Program-made: the position numbers and the translations under genes
Notes under the pieces: model-generated
What the model saw: only the letters and a program-made list of their open reading frames with translations
Database searches by the model: none
What the model was told of the DNA's origin: nothing
Part shown: positions 1-9,573 of the stretch, one piece after another
Numbering within the stretch: the first letter of the stretch is position 1
Layout of the letters: the number at the start of each line of letters is the position of its first letter
Origin: Oxalicibacterium sp.
GTDB lineage: Bacteria; Pseudomonadota; Gammaproteobacteria; Burkholderiales; Burkholderiaceae_D
Reading direction: 5' to 3'
Length of the DNA: 36,122 bases
Assembly: GCA_036263255.1 (NCBI GenBank)
Contig: DATAHI010000087.1
Coordinates: forward strand, 1 to 36,122

Positions 1-66
1 CTCGATCGCGCGATCGACGCCGGCACAGAAGCCGCGTGGCTGAGCGAGCAGAATTTCGGTATCCAT
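1..66 (-). CDS. ispH: 4-hydroxy-3-methylbut-2-enyl diphosphate reductase, 5' fragment (runs off window)
   Basis: Manual translation MDTEILLAQPRGFCAGVDRAIE is the IspH/LytB N-terminal signature; lies directly downstream of fkpB as is typical. Alternative ATG at 72. Confidence 0.93.
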   Translation of the reverse strand, partial: MDTEILLAQPRGFCAGVDRAIE

Positions 67-98
67 CTTCATCCTTGCATTGATTTCGCGGCACACAT

Positions 99-551
99 TT
101 AAAGTATGCCGATGATTCTGACTTCGAACCGCAGCGCTTGCCCCGCCAGCGGATGATTGAAGTCGAACAGCGCGCCGTCTTCATCCAGTTCGCGCAATAC
201 GCCGGCGAAGCGGCCGCCGTTCGGCGCGGCGAATTCGATCAGGTCCCCGACCGCATAGCCTTCGCTGTCGGCATTCTCGTCGAGCGTCGCACGCGATACG
301 CGCTGGAACAGCTCTGGATTGCGCGGACCGAAGGCTTGCTCCGGCGTCAGGTCGAAGCTGCGATGCGCATCCTCTTCCAGCCCGACCAGACAGGCTTCGA
401 GAAACGGCGCCAATTGCCCCTGTCCCAGTTGCAGCGTCGCAGGACTCTCATCGAAGGTGCTGACGATGTCGACGCCATCCTGCGAAGAGAGCCGATAATG
501 CAGCGTCAGGTAAGCACTTGCCGTCACGACCGGACGTGGTAAATTTGCCAT
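99..551 (-). CDS. fkpB: FKBP-type peptidyl-prolyl cis-trans isomerase (SlpA/FkpB)
   Basis: LHYRL, PEQAFG and DFNHPLAG motifs; fkpB-ispH order. Confidence 0.92.
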   Translation of the reverse strand: MANLPRPVVTASAYLTLHYRLSSQDGVDIVSTFDESPATLQLGQGQLAPFLEACLVGLEEDAHRSFDLTPEQAFGPRNPELFQRVSRATLDENADSEGYAVGDLIEFAAPNGGRFAGVLRELDEDGALFDFNHPLAGQALRFEVRIIGIL

Positions 552-682
552 GCGTAGTCGGCTTGTAAAAAAGCAGCGAATAAAGCAGCCGCTATTTTAA
601 GCCACCTTGCCGGTCAAATCGCCGATACAGTTGCGGCACATCGACCGGCCAGCCTTCACCAACAAGAAAAAGAAGAGGCGAT

Positions 683-1357
683 ATGGCAATCACAGACTGG
701 CCGGAAGACCAGCGCCCACGCGAACGACTGATCCGGCATGGCGCCGCTGCACTCTCCGACGCGGAGCTGCTGGCGGTATTCCTGCGCGTTGGGGTGACCG
801 GCAAAAGCGCAGTGGACTTGGGGCGCGACATGGTCTCCCGCTTCGGTTCGCTGAACGGCCTGTTCTCAGCCTCGCTGCAGGATTTTTCCTCGGTAAACGG
901 ACTGGGCCCGGCCAAATACGCGCAATTGCAGGCGGTGCTCGAACTGGCAAAGCGCGCATTGGCCGAAGAACTTCAGGCCGGTGTTCGCCTCGATTCGCCG
1001 CACACCGTCAAGCAATACCTGCAGCTGAGCATGAGCCGCAAGGCGCACGAATCGTTCACCGTGCTCTTTCTCGATGTGAAGAACCGGCTGATCGCCAGCG
1101 AGGAGCTGTTTCGCGGCACCTTGACGCAAGCCAGCGTCTACCCGCGCGAAGTGGTCAAGGCCGCACTCGCGCACAACGCCGCAGCGCTGCTGCTTGCCCA
1201 CAATCATCCTTCGGGTTCACCGGAACCCAGTGCTGCCGACCATTCCCTGACCCATGCCTTGAAAACCGCGCTGGCCTTGGTCGACGTCCGGGTGCTGGAT
1301 CATTTCGTCGTGGCGGGCAGCCAAGTGTATTCGTTTGCCGAGCATGGAGACTTGTAA
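683..1357 (+). CDS. radC: RadC/YicR JAB-domain protein
   Basis: [12 protein letters not shown]-terminus, [18 protein letters not shown] motif, LDH; SD AGAGG; upstream of rpmB. Confidence 0.95.
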   Translation: MAITDWPEDQRPRERLIRHGAAALSDAELLAVFLRVGVTGKSAVDLGRDMVSRFGSLNGLFSASLQDFSSVNGLGPAKYAQLQAVLELAKRALAEELQAGVRLDSPHTVKQYLQLSMSRKAHESFTVLFLDVKNRLIASEELFRGTLTQASVYPREVVKAALAHNAAALLLAHNHPSGSPEPSAADHSLTHALKTALALVDVRVLDHFVVAGSQVYSFAEHGDL

Positions 1358-1436
1358 TGCCGGCCACAGGCAAGAGCGACTCCTCAAATTGTTAAATTCG
1401 TGATTTAAACTAGAAACAGTTTTTTTACGCAAGTCA

Positions 1437-1465
1437 TTGAATTCTCTAAAATTTTTAGATATACT
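1437..1465 (+). promoter_or_regulatory. sigma70 promoter of rpmB-rpmG
   Basis: TTGAAT-17 bp-TATACT in an AT-rich intergenic region, about 40 bp before the rpmB ATG. Confidence 0.75.
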
Positions 1466-1506
1466 CTCGTTTTTTCCAATTCTGGAATCTTTTAGGGAGT
1501 ACTCAC

Positions 1507-1743
1507 ATGGCACGTGTCTGCCAAGTTACCGGGAAAGGGCCGATGGTCGGCAACAACGTTTCCCACGCAAACAACAAGACGAAACGCCGCTTTTTGCCGA
1601 ACCTGCAAAACCGTCGCATCTTCGTTGAATCCGAAAATCGCTGGGTCTCGCTGCGCGTATCGAACGCCGGTCTGCGCGTGATCGACAAGATCGGCATCGA
1701 CGCCGTGCTGGCCGACATGCGCGCCCGTGGCGAAAAAGTCTAA
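1507..1743 (+). CDS. rpmB: 50S ribosomal protein L28
   Basis: [34 protein letters not shown]; SD GGGAG. Confidence 0.99.
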   Translation: MARVCQVTGKGPMVGNNVSHANNKTKRRFLPNLQNRRIFVESENRWVSLRVSNAGLRVIDKIGIDAVLADMRARGEKV

Positions 1744-1772
1744 CTAGCAGCTAGCAGAATAAAGGAACCATC

Positions 1773-1940
1773 ATGGCTAAATCAGGCCGCGACAAAATCA
1801 AGCTGGAATCGACCGCAGGCACGGGTCACTTCTACACCACCACCAAGAACAAGCGCACGATGCCGGAGAAAATGACGATCGTGAAGTTCGATCCGAAAGT
1901 TCGCAAGCACGTGGAATACAAGGAAACCAAGATCAAGTAA
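1773..1940 (+). CDS. rpmG: 50S ribosomal protein L33 (55 aa; not in ORF track)
   Basis: Manual translation [55 protein letters not shown]; SD AAGGA. Confidence 0.98.
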   Translation: MAKSGRDKIKLESTAGTGHFYTTTKNKRTMPEKMTIVKFDPKVRKHVEYKETKIK

Positions 1941-1959
1941 TCGATCTTGCGATTCGCAG

Positions 1960-1986
1960 AAAAGCCGCTCATCGAGCGGCTTTTTT
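1960..1986 (+). terminator. Rho-independent terminator after rpmG
   Basis: AAAAGCCGCTC-atc-GAGCGGCTTTTTT. Confidence 0.9.
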
Positions 1987-2062
1987 ATTGCCGATCTGTA
2001 TTGCAGATTCATCCCGTCATGCCGGTATATGATGGCGCACAAGAAACATCAACGGAAAGCTC

Positions 2063-2698
2063 ATGTACTTACCGGAACATTTCCAGCAGACCGATCATGA
2101 ACAGCTGTACGGCCTGATCGAGCAATCGCCCTTCGGTATTCTGGTCACCGCTTCAGCGACCGGACTTGAAGCAAACCATCTGCCCTTCGAACTCGATCGC
2201 AACCGGGCCGAACATGGCAGCCTGTTCTGTCACGTCGCCCGTTCCAACAACGTTTGGCAATCGGAAGCTGCGCTCGAAACCTGTCTTGCGATCTTCCAGG
2301 GTCCCAGCGCCTACATTTCTCCCAGCCTGTATATATCGAAGCAGGAAACGCACATGGTGGTACCCACATATAACTATGTCGCGGTTCACGTGACGGGACG
2401 CCTTATCGTGCACGACGATGTGCGCGCGGTTCGCGGTCTGGTCGCGCGGCTTACCCGGCATTTTGAAATGGACAGAGAAGTACCCTGGAAAATGGCAGAT
2501 GCGCCGGCCGCATTCATCGAGGATCGGCTGAAGCATATTGTCGGCCTGGAAATCGAGATCACCGGCAAATGGAAAATGAGTCAGAACAGAAGCCCGGCCG
2601 ATCAACAAAGCGTGATCGCGGGATTGACCACCGGCAGCACGGAAGAAAAAGCCGTCGCAGGCGTCATGACGCAAATTGCCTCGCGCGAGCCTCAGTAG
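2063..2698 (+). CDS. PaiB-family FMN-binding negative transcriptional regulator
   Basis: MYLPEHF start, HVARSN, GPSAYISPSLY, VPTYNY, GKWKMSQNR motifs. Confidence 0.9.
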   Translation: MYLPEHFQQTDHEQLYGLIEQSPFGILVTASATGLEANHLPFELDRNRAEHGSLFCHVARSNNVWQSEAALETCLAIFQGPSAYISPSLYISKQETHMVVPTYNYVAVHVTGRLIVHDDVRAVRGLVARLTRHFEMDREVPWKMADAPAAFIEDRLKHIVGLEIEITGKWKMSQNRSPADQQSVIAGLTTGSTEEKAVAGVMTQIASREPQ

Positions 2699-2718
2699 AC
2701 GAGCAGGCCGACACAAAT

Positions 2719-2747
2719 AAAAAAGCCCGGCTAACCGGGCTTTTTTT
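2719..2747. terminator. Bidirectional terminator between the convergent paiB-like and desaturase genes
   Basis: AAAAAAGCCCGG-ctaa-CCGGGCTTTTTTT. Confidence 0.92.
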
Positions 2748-2761
2748 CATGCGCTATCGGA

Positions 2762-3958
2762 TCACGCGTAGCTACGCAGCCGCAGAGAAAATTCACGCAG
2801 CGAGGCGATACCAGATGCTTCGGCGCGCGCGCACCAGTCCTGCAACTGTTGCAGCAATTGATCGCGCGTCGCATGCGAGCGGCCCCAGATCGCACCCAGT
2901 TCGACACGCATCTCGTGCATCGTCTTCAGGGTCTTGCTGTGCTCGAACAAGGTGCTCAGCTGTTCCTTGTGCGGTTCCTGCAGTTGGGTCGGCTCACGGT
3001 GCAGCAGCTTGCGTGCCGAACGCAGATAGCCGGATTCCAGATTCGCCTTTGCCTTCAGATGTTCGCGCTCCTCGCGCCAAGTCTTCTTCAGCGACTTCGC
3101 GTATTTGGCTGCCACGTCGTAGCGGTTTGCGATCACGGCCTGCAAGGTATTGAAATCCAGATGCGCCTTGCCATGTTCGAACTTCGGCTCGGGTGCGACT
3201 TTCTTCACCGTGGCAAGACCAAGCGATTCCAGGATGCGGATGTACATCCAGCCGATGTCGAACTCGTACCACTTGGACGACAACTTGGCCGAGGTGCCGA
3301 AGGTGTGATGGTTGTTGTGCAGCTCTTCACCGCCGATGATGATGCCGATCGGGAAAATGTTGGTCGCCGCGTCGTTGCACTCGTAATTGCGATAGCCCCA
3401 GTAGTGTCCGATACCGTTGATGATGCCGGCAGCAGTCAGAGGGATCCAGATCATCTGGATTGCCCAAACGGTAACGCCAATCACGCCGAACAGCATGATG
3501 TTGATGATCATCATGATCGACACGCCGAGGGCGCTGTGTTTGGAATAGAGATTGCGCTCGAGCCAGTCGTCAGGAGTGCCGTGTCCGTATTTTTCCAGCG
3601 TTTCCTTGTTCTTCGATTCCTCGCGGTAAAGTTCCGCGCCCTCAAAGAACACTTTCTTGATGCCGCGCACCACAGGGCTGTGCGGATCCTCTTCGGTCTC
3701 GCACTTGGCGTGATGCTTGCGGTGGATCGCGACCCATTCCTTGGTCACCATGCCTGTGGTCATCCAGAGCCAGAAACGGAAAAAGTGCATCACGGCCGGA
3801 TGCAGGTCGAGGCCGCGGTGCGCCTGCGAGCGATGCAAAAAGATCGTGACCGACGCGATCGTGATATGCGTCATCACGGCCGTATAGAAAAATATCTCCC
3901 AGCCGCTGGCGTTAGTCAGTCCGTTGGAAAAGAAATCAAGTACTGCGCTGAATGTCAT
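2762..3958 (-). CDS. desA: DesA-type (delta-9) acyl-CoA fatty acid desaturase with helical C-terminal tail
   Basis: His boxes HRSQAH, HRKHH, HNNHH; start moved to 3958 (MTFSAV) because GGAG precedes it. Confidence 0.9.
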   Translation of the reverse strand: MTFSAVLDFFSNGLTNASGWEIFFYTAVMTHITIASVTIFLHRSQAHRGLDLHPAVMHFFRFWLWMTTGMVTKEWVAIHRKHHAKCETEEDPHSPVVRGIKKVFFEGAELYREESKNKETLEKYGHGTPDDWLERNLYSKHSALGVSIMMIINIMLFGVIGVTVWAIQMIWIPLTAAGIINGIGHYWGYRNYECNDAATNIFPIGIIIGGEELHNNHHTFGTSAKLSSKWYEFDIGWMYIRILESLGLATVKKVAPEPKFEHGKAHLDFNTLQAVIANRYDVAAKYAKSLKKTWREEREHLKAKANLESGYLRSARKLLHREPTQLQEPHKEQLSTLFEHSKTLKTMHEMRVELGAIWGRSHATRDQLLQQLQDWCARAEASGIASLREFSLRLRSYA

Positions 3959-4142
3959 TGCTGCTCCATGCTCCATGAAAAAGTGCCATTCATGCCGCTA
4001 TTGTCTTGCTTCATAATCCGCGATCGGCTGCGTGGCTGGCGGTACAAATTGTACCCGGTTTATCTGCTTAATCCTTGTTTTTGAAGGCTTTTCCGACAAA
4101 TTTACTCGGTTCTTTTGACAACAGATTGCTCATTGAACAATC

Positions 4143-5411
4143 TCATTTCGCTTTTGCAAAAGGAACCGCAACACCATTTGCCTGGAAGCTGCGCCATACA
4201 GCGCGATTGACCGCAGACGTCACCGCAGGTTTCCCGATTGTTGCGGATTCGAGCCAGCACGTCAGTTCCAGTTCGATTCCGTCGGCAGTGAAGCGCGACA
4301 CGAAGGCCTGCGGCTGTTTTGCGCTGCAGTCCACGCCATCGACTTCAAGTGCGGCCTCTCGCAGCAATTTCAATGCGTATTCCAGGTCAGCTTGATACGC
4401 GACGACAATCTGTATGGATATCTGCAAGGTCTTGTCGGTACCGGAAAAGTTCTGCACCGGTATCGATAGCAGCATGTCGTTTGGCACAACCGTTTCCGCG
4501 CCATCACTGCTGCGCAAGGTCGTGTAGCGCGCGTTGATGCTGACGATACGTCCCGAAAACTTGTCGACGGTGATGACGTCGCCTATCGTAAGGCCGCGTT
4601 CGAAGAGGATGATAAAGCCTGAAACATAGCTGCTTGCAAGGCGTTGCAAACCCAAGCCCAGCCCTACGCCGAGCGCACCTGTAAATACGGATAACACCGT
4701 CAGATCGATGCCGACGAGTGACAAGCTGAGCAGCAACGCAAGCAGGATCAACACCGCGCGGCTCATGCGCGCCAGCAGCACGCGGGCCGACGAGTTCATG
4801 CTGTTGAGCCGCATCAGACGCTCTTCTGCTGCAGCCGCTGCCCACAAGGCAAGAATCAGCGTTACGCCAACCCACAGGACCGCCAGCAATATCGCCATGA
4901 CGGAAACCTTGTTGTGCCCGAGACGAATGGTGGTCTGATCGAAGAAATCGAGTACGTCGGGCAGCAGGCCGGTGATATGGAGAGAAACCGCAATCCAGAC
5001 CAGCAGCGCAAACAATTTTTCGCACGCGACGATCAGCCCGTTCGGCGGGCCGCGACGCGCGAATACGCGTTGCATGATGTATAGCGCTACGCGTATCAGG
5101 GCGAACGAACCGACGAGGGGCATTGCAACACGCAACAGATCAACGTGGCCCATGCGTTCGAACATCGGCTTGACCAGCGCGATCAGGGCCAGGGTCAACA
5201 GTGGCCACAGCACGCGCACGAAACTTTCCACACCGAACCGCACCATGCCGCGCCCGACGTTACGCTGCGTCAGATCGCGGCGCAGCAGGCGCGCGATGCT
5301 CCAGCCGAGGGCGAAGCAAACCAGCAGTGCCAGAATCTGCCAGCGCAAACCGGGACTACCCAAATCCTCCAGCGCATCGCGCCAGAGATCAAACAGAGGA
5401 TTCGACTTCAT
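4143..5411 (-). CDS. MscS-family small-conductance mechanosensitive channel
   Basis: Several N-terminal TM segments, GALGVGLGLGLQ, GDVI, VPN motifs; start overlaps the upstream stop (ATGA). Confidence 0.92.
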   Translation of the reverse strand: MKSNPLFDLWRDALEDLGSPGLRWQILALLVCFALGWSIARLLRRDLTQRNVGRGMVRFGVESFVRVLWPLLTLALIALVKPMFERMGHVDLLRVAMPLVGSFALIRVALYIMQRVFARRGPPNGLIVACEKLFALLVWIAVSLHITGLLPDVLDFFDQTTIRLGHNKVSVMAILLAVLWVGVTLILALWAAAAAEERLMRLNSMNSSARVLLARMSRAVLILLALLLSLSLVGIDLTVLSVFTGALGVGLGLGLQRLASSYVSGFIILFERGLTIGDVITVDKFSGRIVSINARYTTLRSSDGAETVVPNDMLLSIPVQNFSGTDKTLQISIQIVVAYQADLEYALKLLREAALEVDGVDCSAKQPQAFVSRFTADGIELELTCWLESATIGKPAVTSAVNRAVWRSFQANGVAVPFAKAK

Positions 5412-6664
5412 TTCCTTCGTGCAAGCACCGCCGCAAAGAAGCCGTCGGTCTGGTGTTGCAATGGCGAGAGCTTCAGATAATCTTCCATCGGCAGTTCAAT
5501 TTTCTGCTCGGCCAACACTTCCTTCATCGGCACCAGCATGAATTCTTCATGCTCGGCAAGAAACTGTTCGACGATCGCTTCGTTTTCCTCATCGAGAATG
5601 CTGCAGGTTGCGTAGACCAGGCGACCGCCGACCTTCACCAGCCGAGCGGCACCCGCGAGGATCGACTTCTGCTTTTGATTGAGTTCTTCCAGCGCCTGCG
5701 GCGACTGCCGCCACTTGATATCCGGATTGCGGCGCAAGGTCCCCAACCCGCTGCACGGCGCGTCGACCAGCACGCGATCGATCTTGCCGGCAAGACGCTT
5801 CACCTTCGCATCGTTCTCATGTGCGATCACGACAGGATGCACATTCGACAGACCGCTGCGCGCGAGACGCGGTTTCAGCTTCGCAAGCCGCTTGTCCGAC
5901 ACATCGAAGGCGTACAGGCGACCGGTGTTACGCATCGCAGCGCCGAGCGACAAGGTCTTGCCGCCCGCACCCGCGCAAAAATCGACCACCATCTCGCCGC
6001 GTTTGGCCCCGACGATCTGCGACAGCAACTGGCTGCCCTCGTCCTGAACTTCGATCGCACCATCCTTGAACAGCGGCATGTTTTGCAGCGCCGGCTTTTT
6101 CATCACGCGGATGCCCAGCGGCGCATATGGCGTCGGCTCGCATGCGATCGGCGCTTCGGCCAGCGCGGCGACGACTTCAGGACGCGTTGACTTCAGCGCA
6201 TTGACGCGCAGATCCAGCGGAGCCGGCTGATTCATTGCCTGCGCGAATTCGAGCGTCTGCGCTTCCCCGTCGCGCGCCACCAACTTCTCGAACAGCCATG
6301 CGGGCAAGTTGGCGCGCAGCGCAGCCGGCAGGGTCGTACGGTCGATCTGCATGACGCGCAGCAGCCATTGCGTTTCCTGCTCCGACAAACCGGAAATCGC
6401 ATCGACGTCCACCGCGTCCGCCAGCCCCAGCAAGGCCATGCGACGCATCGCAGGGCCGCTGCCCGATTCCGAAAAATGCGTGTACACCGACTTGTTGCGC
6501 AACAGGCCGTAGATTGCTTCGGCGATCACGCCGCGTTCGCGTGAACCAAGCTTCGGGTGTTCGCGGAAGTACCGCGACAGCGTGACATCGGCAGGACCGG
6601 TAAAGCGCAGCACCTCGCGCAGCACGTCTTCCGTGGCTGCCACGATTGCAGGAGGCAATCTCAT
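5408..6664 (-). CDS. RsmB/NOP-family SAM-dependent RNA m5C methyltransferase
   Basis: VQDEGSQ, DFCAGAGGKT, DAPCSG and YATCS motifs (both catalytic Cys present). Confidence 0.92.
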   Translation of the reverse strand: MRLPPAIVAATEDVLREVLRFTGPADVTLSRYFREHPKLGSRERGVIAEAIYGLLRNKSVYTHFSESGSGPAMRRMALLGLADAVDVDAISGLSEQETQWLLRVMQIDRTTLPAALRANLPAWLFEKLVARDGEAQTLEFAQAMNQPAPLDLRVNALKSTRPEVVAALAEAPIACEPTPYAPLGIRVMKKPALQNMPLFKDGAIEVQDEGSQLLSQIVGAKRGEMVVDFCAGAGGKTLSLGAAMRNTGRLYAFDVSDKRLAKLKPRLARSGLSNVHPVVIAHENDAKVKRLAGKIDRVLVDAPCSGLGTLRRNPDIKWRQSPQALEELNQKQKSILAGAARLVKVGGRLVYATCSILDEENEAIVEQFLAEHEEFMLVPMKEVLAEQKIELPMEDYLKLSPLQHQTDGFFAAVLARRK

Positions 6665-6697
6665 GCGTATTCCTTCTATTGAATGTAGGTGAAACCG

Positions 6698-7342
6698 CTA
6701 GTTTTGCGATTCACACAGTACGTGAGCGGGCACGTCAGGCGATTCGATCTGCACGCGGCCATCAACCAGATGCAGGCGCTCCTCGACGAACCAGCGGATC
6801 GCGCGTGGATAAATCACGTGTTCCTGCTCCAGCACGCGGGCAGCAAGAGTTTCCTCGGTATCCTGCGGCAGCACCGGTACGGCGGCTTGCGCAACGATGG
6901 GGCCGTGATCAAGATCCGCGGTCACGAAATGCACAGTGGCACCGTGCACGCGCACGCCGGTGCTCAGGGCTTGCCGGTGCGTTGCCAGACCCGTGAAGCT
7001 CGGCAGCAAGGAGGGATGAATGTTCAGCATGCGGCCGGCGTAATGAATGACGAAGGCTGCCGTAAATACCCGCATGAAACCCGCCAGTACAACGAGGTCG
7101 GGCCCATAAGCATCGACTTTTTCGCGCAGCGCGGCGTCAAAAGCTTCGCGCGTCGGGTAGTCGTTGTGCGCAACGATCGCAGTGGCGATGCCCTGCCGTT
7201 CCGCATAGATCAAACCCGCCGCATCGGCACGATTGCTGATGACGGCGACGATCTGCGCCGGCCATTTTTCATTGTTGGCCGCGCGGATGATGGCTTGCAT
7301 GTTGGTACCGCGGCCGGAAATCAAAATGACGATCTTCTTCAT
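6698..7342 (-). CDS. purN: Phosphoribosylglycinamide formyltransferase
   Basis: ILISGRGTNMQA, LAGFMR, NIHPSLLP, GATVHFV..LDHGP; start moved to MKKIVIL (7342). Confidence 0.96.
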   Translation of the reverse strand: MKKIVILISGRGTNMQAIIRAANNEKWPAQIVAVISNRADAAGLIYAERQGIATAIVAHNDYPTREAFDAALREKVDAYGPDLVVLAGFMRVFTAAFVIHYAGRMLNIHPSLLPSFTGLATHRQALSTGVRVHGATVHFVTADLDHGPIVAQAAVPVLPQDTEETLAARVLEQEHVIYPRAIRWFVEERLHLVDGRVQIESPDVPAHVLCESQN

Positions 7343-7449
7343 GGCGCGCATTGTACCGTACCGCACCACGAAAGCCTCTTAAGGCGGCGCAAACCCGACG
7401 AAATACGGGAGGAATCGCAGAAAGAAAGTGAAGGGAAAGGACGATCGGG

Positions 7450-7475
7450 AAAAACGTAGCCGCTGCAACAGCGGC
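7450..7475 (-). terminator. Probable terminator after barstar gene
   Basis: Minus strand GCCGCTG-ttg-CAGCGGC-tacg-TTTTT; the U-tract is offset from the stem. Confidence 0.5.
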
Positions 7476-7484
7476 CAGAGGGAA

Positions 7485-7883
7485 CTACTGAAAGGAATAG
7501 AACACGCGGAAAGCGATTTTTTTCTCGGCCCAGAAATCTGCGGCATCGCGAAATACGTCGAGCAGCGTCTCGCGCGCTTCCTTGTCGAACTTCGGCGTAT
7601 TGGGCAATTGCTCGAGCACGACGAGAAAGCCCGGCTGCGGTCCCGCCTTGTGTGCGAGGTCGGTGAGGCAGTCCGATAGCGCATCGAAATTCTTGCCGAA
7701 GTGCCGCGGAAAATGAAAGGCTTCGGCGATCGTCGCCAGCACCTGCTGCTTAGTGGCAGCATGCGCGCAATGAGCGTACAGAAAATGCTGTCCGAGCCGG
7801 GCAGCCTCTTCCTGCAATTCGGTCACCCGAAATGCGCGGATCGACTGCACCACGTTCGGCGGCACGGTTTTAAACAAACTCAT
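7485..7883 (-). CDS. Barstar-family ribonuclease inhibitor
   Basis: FHFPRHFGKNFDALSDCLTD barstar signature; downstream of an RNase gene. Confidence 0.9.
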   Translation of the reverse strand: MSLFKTVPPNVVQSIRAFRVTELQEEAARLGQHFLYAHCAHAATKQQVLATIAEAFHFPRHFGKNFDALSDCLTDLAHKAGPQPGFLVVLEQLPNTPKFDKEARETLLDVFRDAADFWAEKKIAFRVFYSFQ

Positions 7884-7917
7884 CTATTCTCTTCCCCGGC
7901 AAATTGACGTCTGGCGC

Positions 7918-8301
7918 TTATTCGACAACACGCTTGAAGGTCCGGTAATGATCGGCGGTGTAATAGTACTCATGCGGTGGCCGACCGCCGGTAATGATCC
8001 GCCTTGCTCCCCTGTTGCGCGCATGCGGCGTTCTGACAGTGAATTCGCGATAATACCCGCGCTTTCGCTGCGGCAAAACCTTTTCATAGTTTCCGAAGAC
8101 CGCGCCATCCTTCTCATAAGGGAAAGGACCGCCTTGCTGAATAAGCAAAATTGTCTGCCGTGCTTCCGGCGGCAAGTCGGCCAGGCGCACCGCCTGCAAT
8201 CCATCGGCGTTGAAGGCGGATGCATTGTACGTCAGTAATAAGGCGGTAATAAATAGCAAAAAGGCTGAAAAACCACGAGAAATTCGCCAATTCATCGGCA
8301 T
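7918..8301 (-). CDS. Secreted guanyl-specific ribonuclease (RNase Sa/barnase family)
   Basis: Signal peptide ending ASA, GGPFPY.KDG.VFGNYE..LP, YYREFTV, RGARRI, YYTADHY; alternative start 8295. Confidence 0.92.
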   Translation of the reverse strand: MPMNWRISRGFSAFLLFITALLLTYNASAFNADGLQAVRLADLPPEARQTILLIQQGGPFPYEKDGAVFGNYEKVLPQRKRGYYREFTVRTPHARNRGARRIITGGRPPHEYYYTADHYRTFKRVVE

Positions 8302-8352
8302 TTCTGCGAAATCCTTTCAAAAAAGGGGTATGCGACCCTGAACCTGGCAAGG

Positions 8353-9573
8353 TTAGCGTGTTGCAGGGATTGAAGCAATATTCCCGCCATTCTGAGCGGA
8401 TGGCGTTGAGAAAAAGGAAAGTATTTCCTTTTTGTGCGCAAGGGCATCCCTGCGTCCCAGTTCAATGAGTTCGCAGGTGTAGCTTTTTTCAAACAATAAA
8501 TAAGAGGCCAGCGCCGAACCACGGACTTCGGTCGCGCCGATGCCGGACAGCAGAATACGGACCGGGCGCGGCAGGCTGCCGATATGCCGGCTCGCGATCA
8601 AGTCCAGCCGTTCGGAAGGAGCGATGGTCAACATCTCGATCGGACGCAATTGCGCCTGTGCGCACTGCTCCGGGGTCATGAACGAAAGGGTGTGGTTCAC
8701 ACGGTTGAGCCGTTCGATGTCGACCTCCAGCGTATCGAGAAAGATACTGGACATCGCATGACCCGCAATCTGGGCCAGGCTCGGATACTGCGCCATCGGC
8801 GCGGCCTGATCGCTGACAGGCTCCAGCAAACGGCCGGCACCGACCACGAAAATCTTGTCCGCTCCAAGATGGATCGCCGGTGAAATCGGCGCGATCTGCC
8901 GCATGGAACCGTCACCGAAATATTCGCGCCGGCCGGCACAGAAGATCGGCGTGGCGGGGAAAATGAGCGGAATTGCCGAAGACGCAAGCAGATGATCGAT
9001 GCCGATCTGGGCACGCATCGCGATACGTTGCGACCGCACCCAGGGTTCGATATTGGCTTCGGTCTGGTAAAAAGTGATGTGCCGGCCGGCAGTATAGGAA
9101 GACGCGGTCACCGCGAGCGCATGCAGCTTGCCCTCTTCCAGCGCGGCGTCCAGCTTGGGCAGATTCAACATGCGGTTCAGCAAGCTGACCAGCGGCGTAT
9201 TGTCGAGCAATGAAGCCGGAGGATGCGCCTTCCACGATCGCGCCAGCCAGCCAAAGGACAGCAAGGACAGCCACTTGGCGCCGGAACGCAGCACGCCCAG
9301 CGAATCGGAGCGGTACACCTGATCCGCCGTGAAGTTTTCCCAGACGCGGGCGATACGGTCGAGGCCACTGCCGAAATCGGCAGCATGGCAGGCCAGCGCA
9401 GTCGCATTGATCGCACCGGCCGAGGTGCCGCAGATGATGTCATAGGGATTGCGTTCGGCATCCCAGCCGGCGCCGTGCAGAATCGCAGATACCGATTGCA
9501 GCACGCCGACTTGGTAGGCGGCCCGCGCACCGCCTCCGCTCAATATCAACCCGATCTTTTTCGACTCTTGCAT
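8353..9573 (-). CDS. Patatin-like phospholipase
   Basis: LSGGGARAAYQ, GTSAG and DGS motifs. Confidence 0.92.
   Translation of the reverse strand: MQESKKIGLILSGGGARAAYQVGVLQSVSAILHGAGWDAERNPYDIICGTSAGAINATALACHAADFGSGLDRIARVWENFTADQVYRSDSLGVLRSGAKWLSLLSFGWLARSWKAHPPASLLDNTPLVSLLNRMLNLPKLDAALEEGKLHALAVTASSYTAGRHITFYQTEANIEPWVRSQRIAMRAQIGIDHLLASSAIPLIFPATPIFCAGRREYFGDGSMRQIAPISPAIHLGADKIFVVGAGRLLEPVSDQAAPMAQYPSLAQIAGHAMSSIFLDTLEVDIERLNRVNHTLSFMTPEQCAQAQLRPIEMLTIAPSERLDLIASRHIGSLPRPVRILLSGIGATEVRGSALASYLLFEKSYTCELIELGRRDALAHKKEILSFFSTPSAQNGGNIASIPATR

Noticed and set aside
683-1357. RadC as a marker of a mobile element or anti-defence island
   Set aside because: Full-length chromosomal type with HhH region in the canonical radC-rpmB-rpmG context
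2762-3160. ISL3 insertion sequence
   Set aside because: Region is the in-frame tail of the desaturase; no DDE core, terminal inverted repeats or target duplication visible
2849-4084. 411-aa plus-strand ORF
   Set aside because: Antisense shadow of the desaturase with no recognisable motifs; common in GC-rich DNA
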